From NCBI GenBank assembly GCA_025786725.1, contig JAHLTZ010000012.1, positions 558,001 to 622,000 of the forward strand: 64,000 nt of DNA, in the 5' to 3' direction. Origin of the DNA: Syncephalis fuscata S228 (Eukaryota > Fungi > Zoopagomycota). The notes below the pieces were generated by a model that worked only from the letters and a program-made list of their open reading frames with translations, ran no database searches and was not told where the DNA came from. The translations under genes and the position numbers were made by a program. This document shows positions 13,278 to 23,683 of the stretch, in pieces. Numbering within the stretch: position 1 is the stretch's first letter; each line of letters opens with the position of its first letter.

Positions 13278-14855
13278 CTATACTGGACCGGCCGTAACAT
13301 TCTTACGGACCCATTCACGCACATACCGACTTGCTTTGAAGAATTTGGCATCACCGTATTTCTTGTAAAGCGATTCATGTTTTACAGTACCACCAAGATA
13401 ATCTTCCATGATATCTACAATGTCTAGCAGTTCTTCTTCTTGGTAGTAGCTGTAATGCACAAAGTTGGCATCCCATGCACCGCGATTCAACATCTTGCGG
13501 GCAAGGAGCATGGCCGCAGCCGATATCTTGGACCATGGCTGATCGATCAACCGATGGTCTACAAGTGGAATCTCCATAAGATATTTGGCAACGGTACGTG
13601 TTTGCACATCGTAGTCGTCGGCCTTGGAAATGCGGCGCAAGAAATTCAATGGATTAGGCGTACTTAGATCAAAGTCGAGTACTTGGAGCATATAGCGTTC
13701 AGCTCTGAGTACCTCTTCCTCTTTGTAGCCATCGTCGGCCATGTAGATGAAGTTCTGGATCGATGGCGCCATTACCTCTTCGTACTTGGAGGCAATAAAC
13801 ATGGCGGTAATACCAACCAGTTGTAGTTTGACCAACGAAACGACACGCTGTGACAGAAAACGGTCAATTAGATTGACAGTAAGAAACAATGTCTCTGGCA
13901 GTAGCTGGAATCGGTTGTGTACGTCAATAAGCCAGTCTACTAGAATGCCACGCATATTCCATTGTAATTCCTTTTGCTGGGTCATATAGCGAGGATTGGG
14001 CATTGTCTTGATCTATAATCATTAATTGTTAGCTATATGCTTGGTATAATGATTATTGCTATGCTATTTTTGTAGCACTACTTACTTCTAATTCACGCAT
14101 ATATTCAAATATTTCTTCAACATATTCAGATACCATAAGCGGGTCATCGATGTCTTCGGCATCCAACTCGGCCCAAGTTGGTTCGGCCTCTTTTACTTCG
14201 ACTGCTGGCTCGCTTACTACTGGCGCTGACTTTGCTACTGGCGCTGGATCGGCTGAACAGACCGTCTTGGCAACTTCCTTTTCTTCTTTAACTGTTGTAG
14301 TTGTTGTAGTCGTTGTTGCTACTGCTGCCTTGGCTGCCACTGGCACAGATACTGGTGCTTGTTTAGTGTCTACAGGCTTGGTTGTGGGACGTGGACGTGC
14401 AATATTTTTAATGCCAGGCTGGGCAGATGGCTGAGTACGAACAGTAGCATCGGTCTTTTTGTCTACTATGGCATTCATCTTTGCAGCGGCAGCAATGGCC
14501 GTGGCAGCAGTCGTTGTAGCAGCGGCTGTGCTAGCTGTAGTGGCTGCTGATTTGCCACGAGTGGTAGAGCTACGCTTCTTTGTCACCTTGTTATTTGAAG
14601 ACTATAAACAAATAAAAAGTAAACAAACTTGTAAATGCCACTGCTTGTTTTATTCCTTGTACTTACTTTAGCGTTTTTATTGCTCAAGTCTCCGAGCGCA
14701 GTACGCTTGCGAGCTACGGCCTGCTTGTTCAATAGGCCAGACTTGGCCACAGCTGTGGCGGTCGTGCCAGTAGCGCCAATCTTCTTAACAGCCTGGTGAA
14801 CAGTCTGATTTTCATCGCCAGTCTTGATGGCGCCCAAAGGCAAACGTGTAGCCAT
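13278..14855 (-). CDS. B-type (G2/M) cyclin, Cdc13/Clb-like, 3 exons
   Basis: D-box RTALGDLSN; DDPLMVSEYVEEIFEY; cyclin box MRGILVDWLIDVH...LQLVGITAMFIASKYEE. Confidence 0.95.
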
Positions 14856-14970
14856 AGTAGCTCGTGTACGTCGAGTATTATTCTAATAAAGATAACAGAT
14901 GAAAAGAGAAAGAAGAAAGGCAAAGTGGATGTATGTGTGGTGGTGTTGTTAGTATGGCTACATGCTTATT

Positions 14971-15112
14971 GCGCGTATTATACGCGTGGATCACGTGACT
15001 AATTGAAAATAAACACTGTTTTGCTGTTCTCAATCCTTCACAGGGCATATACACACCTGATTCATATTGAGAATAGAACGGTTGTTTTGATGCAAGGGCA
15101 ACTAAAACGCGT
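14971..15112. promoter_or_regulatory. MCB-like (ACGCGT x2, GCGCGT) and E-box TCACGTGA motifs upstream of the cyclin
   Basis: GCGCGT 14971, ACGCGT 14982, TCACGTGA 14991 and ACGCGT 15107 lie 115-255 bp upstream of the cyclin ATG in AT-rich DNA. Confidence 0.45.
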
Positions 15113-15988
15113 AGACAAGTGAGTATTGATGGAGAGAAATAAAAAGCAATAAAACAAGCAAAAATAGATTTGTAAGTACTAGCACAGCCAGTATACAAAA
15201 CTAGTAATAAAAATAAACAAATGTGCTACCTACGTAAAAAAGCACTTGAAATCACGCTATTTTGGCATACAACTGCCAAATATCAATCTACTCTTGAAAA
15301 GAGAAGATAATGGAAACGAGAATAAAATAAAAGTGGAGAAGCGATCAATCAACGACAAAATCAGTAATATTTAAACTGGTAAACAAAACAACAGTTGCAA
15401 GCAAAGCGGAGTATATTGCTGCGGTGTTGTTTGTTATTGTTATTGTTATTGCTGTTGCGTTTGTTACTGCTACTGCTACGGCTGTTGTTACTGTTATTGC
15501 AGTTACTTAAAACAAATAAATCAAAGTAGAAGCAAGAACAGCGCGTGCGTGTGGACGTGTACTCGAGACAGATAAGAAAAGGATAAGCGGAAGAAGGAAC
15601 GAGTGGTGGTGTGGTGTGAAATAGTAAATTCTTATCCACTCAGCTTACATATCATTAATTCATTGACTATCATTATTTACCATTCATATTAATATTCATC
15701 CAATTATTGCCATTGTGTTATTATGATCGTCATTCGTCTCACACAAACACTTTCATTGGTGAGTACGAGTTTGTGTAAGAATGTCTTGGTGGGCAAGACC
15801 CCTGTTTTTGCTATTTTGTTAACTATTAATACACTGATTTAATAGTATTAACGTAAATTTATGTTGATTGGCCACTATAGAGTTTGTCTACATTTTACAA
15901 GATGATTATTAGAGGAAAACAATAGTTGATTTATTCATTTATTCAATTCAATTACTACGTTAGTCATGACAACTAGGTAGTAATGTTA

Positions 15989-18251
15989 TTATCCTAGGCG
16001 TACAATGCCTGCGTTGACCAATTTACGGAACTTGGTGGCCACTTGGGGATTTTTCAAATGTCTAAAGCATAACAATGTATTAGTATCAATGTATTTGCTA
16101 TTTACCACGGCACTTACTCTTGGATTGCTCCTGGATCTTGTTTCATCTGCTGAAGGATCGATTGCATTACTGGATCAGCAAGAATCTCTTGGACTTCTGG
16201 GTCACTGGCTGCTCGACGCATCGTTTCTTCGTCATTTTGGCTATTTCCCTGGCTCAATGCCACTTGACATTTGTACAATTGGCTTTCCAATTCGGCACGA
16301 TGCTTGCCATCAACATCCTTGGACTTGGCAATATCGCAGCATTCCATGCAGTCACTATAGTCTTTCTTCAAAAATAGAATGGCTGCCTTGCGAATATATC
16401 CCTTAACTATAAATAAAACAACAATTAGTTACACTCGTCTCAATTATTATCTATTTAAATTGTTGTACTTACTAAACGTGTCGTCCAATGCAATGCAGGC
16501 CTCACAATCTTTAAGTGCTTCGTTAAAGGCCATTAATTTGGTGTAGCAAGCTGCACGGTTACTATACGAGCGAGGATCTTTATCGTTTCGCTTTATTGCT
16601 TCATTATAGCACTTGATGGCTTCGGACCATTTGCCTTGCTTGAACAGCTCATTGCCGGCTTCACGTTCCTTGTCGGCCAGTTCTGGATTGCGATAAGCCT
16701 CCTTTTCGCGATTTGCCTTAATCTTTTCAATCTAAAATACATAAATAAATCATAGATATTTAATGGTCATCAACTAGTGTCTACATCCTCTTACCTCTCG
16801 AAGTTTATTAAGAACATCGGCTGTTCTATGCTCGGTAAGCGATTTATTATAGTACTTGATTGCATTGTCAAGCTGATCCAACTTGCTATATGCCGTGCCA
16901 ATACGACCAAATGCTCTAGATTGCCAATATAAGCTATATATCTATTATTATATTCAATAAACATACTTTGCCATTAGCTTATAGTCGGCATAGTTCTCTC
17001 GTCCAACCTCGACGGCCTCTTCGCAGGTTTTGATACACTCTTCATAGTTGCCCATTTCAAATAGCACCGCTATTGATAAAAAAGAATTCTAATTAATACA
17101 CATACAATGACACTCGTGTTTAAACTTACCAGCCCGATTGTTAAGAATAGTAATGTTAGTACTATCGAGTTCCCATGCATTAGCATAATGTTTTAATGCT
17201 TGCTCAAACTCGCGCTTCTTATAGAACTGATTGCCAAGATCCTTTTCTTTGATGGCCTCTTGTTTTTTAACATCTTCTTCGCTTAGCTCCATTGGTTCTG
17301 GTTCTGGTTCAGGCTGCTTTGCCTTTGGTGCTTCAGGGGTTGGTGATGTAGGTGGTGATTGTCCACCAAAAGGCATACTCTACCATTGGATAAAGCGTTA
17401 ACTTCACTCAATTCTTTTCATGGATTATGGTGGCTTACATCAGGAAGATTCTCACTGTCTAGACCCATTAAAGCCATCATTACAGTCATAATACGTGGAT
17501 CATTCATATGTCTACAATGGTATATATATAATCGTTATTCAAGACATTATTATTATTAATTGTTTACTTACTGGCCAAGCGTGTTTGGATTTTGCTGAAT
17601 TTGCTGTAGTTTTTCAACAAAATCACGCTGCGCCATCAATGGCGATAGCTTTGGATTTGAAGCAATCTTACTCCACAGTTCCGGTCCCATAAAAAGTTTG
17701 CCAATACCTGGATCTATTATATATTAAATAAGTTTATTACAACCATTGCCATTAGCTAAAAAGTTTACCTTTCTCTGCTACTTCAGCATCAGCCGCTCCT
17801 TTTTGGAGTTGGGCATTATTTGGATCCAGCTTTAGGCCAGCGTCATAAGCGTCCTTTGCTTCGGCATTACGGCCAAGCCCCAATAAAGCGGCACCTTTGC
17901 GTCCATATCCCTATTAGCAATGAAATAAGTACATTACATTATTAAATAATATTCTACCAAATAACCGCTGGCTTACCTTGGCCCAGTCTGGCTTTAGTTC
18001 AACCGTCTTTTCCGCATCACCTAAGGCACGGTCATAATCACGCAACGAAGCATAGGCTGCCGAACGATTGGAGTATAGTACATGATTGTTCGCATCAAGC
18101 TTAATAGCCTCTGAAAAGTGTTCCACTGCTTTGGCGTGATCACCAGCAGCAAATGCCTTGTTGCCCAACGCCTTTAGATCATCAGCCTAATACAAACGCG
18201 TGATTAGCTATAAAATAGTAAATAATACTAGGATTCACTAACTGAAGACAT
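15989..18251 (-). CDS. STI1: Hsp70/Hsp90 organizing co-chaperone Sti1/Hop, multi-exon
   Basis: TPR1 LKALGNKAF...NHVLYSNRSAAY...KPDWAK; TPR2A EKDLGNQFYKKREF; DP2 DPEVQEILADPVMQSILQQM; C-terminus LVNAGIVRLG*. Confidence 0.95.
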
Positions 18252-18489
18252 GTTATCAATGTTGACAATAAATGATCAGCAGCAAGTACAAATAGTCTTT
18301 GCTAAACTTAAAGACAACGAACAATGAAAATAGTAGTGTTATTGATAAAAGAAAGAAAATTTGAGTGTGTGATGATGATGACGCAGTTTGATCAAAATTT
18401 TATTTCCTTAACATTGGTTGAGTTCTCAGATTTTAAACATGAACACAGTAAATTGTTCTGTTTTATACACATGGAATAAAAATAACCTT

Positions 18490-20556
18490 ATAAACACTAT
18501 TCAAGCTTTTGGTGTGGACTTGTTCTTTGAAACCGTGATGACTTTGTGTGTACACCTGTAATAAATTACAATAATGTTAGATAAATCAAATAGATTATAT
18601 CCAAATTATGCACTTTAATAGCTCATGACATGTAACCATTGACCGTTTTTATATTGTTTTAAGAGTTTGGAACAAATAAAAGCTGGCCCTTTTTGTCTTG
18701 AATAAGGCAAGGATTGACAACTTTATGGAATGTTTCCAAAGTACAATTTCCACAAGATGGACAAGTCTTGGATGTATTGTACTCATCAATAAAAAAATTT
18801 CAAATCCATTTTTCTAAAGCATTTCTTTTATGCCAATGCCTCGAATAGGCTCTTGAAATGTACAATTTCAAGCAGAACAATTATTAAAAATCAACACAGT
18901 ATCCTGTCCAAACTTGTCTTTCAATCTTTTTACCAGTTTTTGATCAGCTTGCAGTTTTCTGATATAAGCCGATAATTTAAGCTTTTAAATAAAGAATTAT
19001 TTGATTGAGAATGATTGGTTCTTTTGGTGCTATAATATGGAACCAAAGTAACAGCGGCTTCTGCACGAGCAGAAATATACACGATATACTTTTCCAAATA
19101 AACCGATTTACACGAATAAATGGATAAATTGTTCTAGCTTTTTAAACAGGTAACAAATCAAATACTTTTTTATCGTTCTTTTGAGCAGTCAAGTTATTAG
19201 ATAAATCTTTTTCATCATTTTGAACAGTAAGCTTTTCTCTCATTAAGTTTCCATGATTCTTCTGTATCTTTTGTCTTTTATGTCTTTGTGCCTTTGGTTG
19301 GAAGTGTATTTAAAAATTTTGCGATCATTACTTTTACTGTTTTCATGCATGCAGTTCATCAAATCTCTTCTGTGCGAGTCAATTAACACACACTTGCCGA
19401 CAGTTTGTGTCAAAGCTTCTTTATTTATTCCATGTATATATTGAAATTCAGTAGATAGTGCGGCATCTTTTCGTTTATGACCAGCGCTGTATTTGTTTTT
19501 GGTGTCTTTGTTTTGTTTAATTATTGTAACACTTACGCCATCTGTTTGAATGGAGTCATAGAATTGCATTGAATCTTCCAAAGGTCCGCTGCGTTTAAAT
19601 ATTCTGTTATTCAAATCAACAATTTGCTCCCATGCGTCCATCTTGTTAGAAAAATCTCATGGATTTTATCCAATATATGGCGACACAGTATTTCTGTGTC
19701 AATTTGCATATAGGATGGTACCCATAAGTACGTATCGGAAAACATTGAAATGTTTTTGAAAAATTGGCCTCACAGGTGGTGGCCAGCTTGAAGTAGGCAT
19801 TTACATGATTAATTGGATGAGCCTTGACATCATAGTAAATCGAATCTTTGCTAAACTTGTAATTTTATCCACCAGATTTGTGCTTTTCTGGATACGCATC
19901 AAGTACGGACTTTATTATTTGATGGGCATGCGGATTCTTTTCAGCAATATTGCAAAGTTTGCCACTTGCAAAATGCTGTCTCAATACTGTGGCAATCGAT
20001 AATATTTAATTTAATGTTAAATTTAATATCTTATTCAGAAAATTTCTTTTCACGCATAAACTTTGCTATTCATTCTTGTCTTTTTTTACATCCAAAACAA
20101 ATTGAGTACTCTTTAAAACTGTTGATTAAAATGTTCTTGCACATTGTTTAAATATGCAGTTGCAATCTTTTGTGCTTTATATTCGGCTATTTTGCTGGCA
20201 TATTTAAGATCTATGCGTGTGTAACTCGCATATTCAAGGTATTCATTTAAACGACGTTCTATTAATTCTCTGACTCGGATGGTTTCATCACTCAACCCCC
20301 CTTTGCAAGTAGAATAATCCACTAACGATAAAAATACTTGTTTAAAAAACCTCTGGCTTATATATGTTTTAATATCAAAGTCCTTATTTAAGCCAAGTTC
20401 TTTTATAAATATGTACCTTGCAAAAGCATAGGTATGCGTGACAATGGTATTGATAACAAGACATTCTAAACGGGTTAAATACTCTTGTTTCCAGCCAATA
20501 CTACGTATACTTGATTTAAGAAGATTGACGCGCAACAAACATGTATTCTAAGACAT
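18490..20556 (-). pseudogene. Decayed Fanzor1 (eukaryotic TnpB-family RuvC nuclease) of a transposable element
   Basis: Collinear motifs across frameshifts and stops: KSSIRSIGW; SKDSIYYDVKAHP..FQCFPIRT..IDTEILCRHIL; SIQTDGVSV; RuvC-I region GKCVLIDSHRRDL (family IDPGRRDL); FQEPIRGIG (RuvC-II E); IDEYNTSKTCPSC (Zn finger); VTCHELLKC. Confidence 0.85.
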
Positions 20557-20807
20557 ATTGTTTGTTATAAAGCAATAAAATATGGTATAATTACGTTTAT
20601 TTCAGCTGAATGTATATCATATATGTACCACATATAAAAAAGGCTAGAAGAAGCACGATATACTAAAATGGGTAGTATATTATGCATAAAGCAACATTGT
20701 GCCATTTTTATATATACTGCGATAATCTGATTATCAATGTTACATTATTTTATTATTAATATTGTAACAATACTACATTTAAGCTGTTTATCTTTTTAAA
20801 AACAAAA

Positions 20808-21094
20808 ATGTCCCACCTGCAGGTGACCCTGATGACATGGCACGTCAAGAGAGCCTTAATAGTTGGGGTGTAGTAACACTTTGTCTCGCAAACAACGCGC
20901 GCGTGACAAATACGACATTAAGCCGTTATCCGTCGCTGCAACCGTCCTAATCCTGAACATTCAATGAACATAAAGGTGACGGTCTTCATTTGCTGGTTTA
21001 AGGGTAAGGTCTTTTATTCTGGACGCGATAATACCCAATCAGGCAACAAGATACTGACAACAGTCTAATTATGGGACTGAACCAAGGCGGACAT
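20808..21094 (+). ncRNA. Candidate structured RNA or element end upstream of the Fanzor relic
   Basis: GC-richer island closed by ATGTCC/GGACAT with at least 4 internal helical domains found by eye; G-U pairs favour the + strand. Confidence 0.4.
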
Positions 21095-22095
21095 ATTTAG
21101 CTGTATATTAAATAGAAATGTTACTTTTATACGATTTTTATATTCTGAATATTAAGACTGATTTATTTTGAGAATAGCCATTACGTTACTAATTATATAT
21201 TTTGTAATAATGAGTTATCTTTGGTGCAAAATGACTTTTATTATGTTAATACATTCACTATTTATAAATGTTTCTATTATACCCCCGACATTCTAACTGA
21301 ATTGGCTTTTATCGCCATTCTTTTTATATACTAACAAAAAACACTAGGGCATGATAATGATTTAAGTTTAAATTGAAAACTCTGGGTTTTTAAACAGTAC
21401 TACAAACTCTTAATACAACAATAGCCATTTGACACGAATTTAATGGTTTCATCGTTTTAAAATGACCATAATGGTTTCAAACCAACACCAGCAAGCTGTT
21501 TGCCATTCAATTTAGTGGCTATAATAAGAATACAAACAAGTTTTCTACATGATTTATCCACTCCTGATACAAGTCAGGCTGTCCCGTAGTATTGTTTCGC
21601 CGACTTGGGGTGACACTTGCTATATTGTCATTATGCTTGCCAATTGGCCTTCCTTTGCTAAATTTAGTACCGCATGCTCTAGTAGCTGTATCGCGTGCAC
21701 ACTACGGAACAGTCAGACAAGGTCGCAGGTTGTGCACAAGTTTGAAGCCATAGTCAATTGTCATTTTGTTAATGCATATAATCTTTAACTTTCTGCATCT
21801 ATCAGCTGACGGCCCACTTATTCCGCGTATCTGTTTTCTACATCGCTGGTCGTTGTTCTACTCCATCAACATCGTATACTCTAGTAATCTGTTACCACAA
21901 ACGCACGTAGTCTTTATTACACTGATCATCCAGCTTTGCACGACCACCATTACTCGTATAGTAATAGCAGTAGCACCGATTATCACGTCGCTTCCATCGA
22001 CTCACGTGTATCTTTATTAACTATTCATTCTCTACGACGGGTCGTAGAGCGTGTACACCAACAATATAGCTATCTTTCTTCCTCTCTTTCATCTT

Positions 22096-22138
22096 TCTCT
22101 CTCTTTCTCCTCTCTCTCTCTCTCTCTCTCTCTATCTA
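22096..22138. repeat. (CT)n microsatellite / pyrimidine tract in the Boi gene promoter/5'UTR
   Basis: Direct inspection. Confidence 0.85.
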
Positions 22139-23683
22139 TTTACTCCACTTATTCACTATTGCACGCACGCTCTATCTATCTCCATCTATCTCAATTATAC
22201 TCGTCTATTCTACTTATTCGCACATAATTGTCATACCTATCAGCTGGTTTCTGATTACTACACTAGTTCTCTACATTCCCAACAAGTTTATCGTCCGCGC
22301 GGTCGGTCCCTTCTTTCACTTTAGGTAAGTGGCGCGCATATGCCTTGGCTTCTTTGTTCCGTGCGCTATAGTTCAAATGAACGATGCTATTTTGGATATT
22401 AAACCGAACTGAACCAAGCAACCATCTAAACTTGTATTGCTTGGCATGTTGATGCGATTAGCCATTGCAGTCGTATTTGTCCGTTGACTGCCAGTTTTGT
22501 AGGTCTGTCAAACTATAAAAATAATCATTGTGTCGGTATTGTTTATTTTCTGTGCTTGTTAACTCCGCCTATCATTTTAATAGCGGTGATTATTATATTA
22601 CAGCCAAATATTTCCCATTCTATTCGGTCTTTTGAATTTTATTCACTCATATTCACACTCACACTCACACTTATTAAGCGGCTATTCTTTCTTTCTTATT
22701 CTGCCCTCTTCCTTATTCGTTTTCTTGTTTCTAACACACTCGTCCTACGCAGCCAATATCTATCACCGTATTAGTTATTCGATAGTTGACTGTTTGTTAG
22801 CGTGTTTCCTAAGCAATACTACCGCTATTCGCCTATTGTTGTGTTCGTGCAGGTGTTTGAGCGTACACACATGCGTATAGAAAGTGTGGAGGCGAAAACC
22901 AGTCGGGCCCACACACACACATTTGCTTGTTGTTCCAGCCGTTGATACTGCTCACACACATATATCCTCTCGCCTAGTACGCACAGACATAACATTCTTA
23001 TTCTTTTTCATCTTTAGTTTATTGGCAACTAGTCTAATCTGCATTACTGCCCGTCTTTGGGTCGCCGACTCGTTATTTGGTTTGTACTGTGGGTATATTT
23101 TATATTTCTGCATGAATTCTTTGCTTGCTTGCGTGTCTGCTAGTCTTCAAGGCCATATGCGATAAATATGCCGTGACTGCATTAAAGTAGTCGTACATTG
23201 ACAGGTGATGGTTGCTTTAAGTTGTGTAGCTTGGATTGCAACAATCCATAGGCTGTGTCTTGTTTAACCGCCTTACTGTATCGTAAAAGTAAGGGAAGGG
23301 GCAGCGGCACCCTAGGGGCTATGTCCGCTCATTTTGTGTTCGCTGAAAGGCGAAGCGAGGCCTAGAAACCGCGTGGTACTAAATATACTAGACTATACTT
23401 GGCTATAATTATCTAGAATAGTAGAATGGCAATTAAGCAATTGAACAAAGCTTAAACGTAATATTGCACTAAATACTACCAGTAGTAGTAGCTATTGCTT
23501 TGCCACTATGATGAATATTCGCATAGACATGGCGTAGATTACATGCCAAGGCAATGGCGTACAAACTTTCTATCACATTATTGCTATTTTAAATACGGCG
23601 ACCTTCAGGCCTTCTAATTAACTGATACTTTTTATTTTTTATTCTTTAGTCGTAGGCTGTGTTTTTGAACTTATCTATTAGCC

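Noticed and set aside
15731-15783. SECIS element downstream of STI1
   Set aside because: No AUGA/GA quartet or apical AA in the right geometry, and no in-frame UGA in STI1
20829-20850. Hammerhead ribozyme (CTGATGA core)
   Set aside because: No stem II followed by GAAA and no correctly placed NUH cleavage site
21002-21046. RNase P RNA (GGGTAAGGTC and ACCCAATCAGGC resemble CR-I/CR-V)
   Set aside because: The two motifs are only about 30 nt apart and pair as a local hairpin, which is incompatible with RNase P topology
21549-23165. Hydrophobic ORFs in the ORF track (also 12917-13297, 14878-15639, 45419-45604, 60926-61567, 62429-62959)
   Set aside because: These are low-complexity or T-rich UTR/intergenic readings, often with non-ATG starts, and show no domain motifs
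23391-23625. U3 or box C/D snoRNA (GACTATACTT; ATGATGA 23508; CTGA 23622)
   Set aside because: U3 box A and box B are missing, there is no terminal stem, the CTGA coincides with the probable intron branch region, and no rRNA complement was recognised
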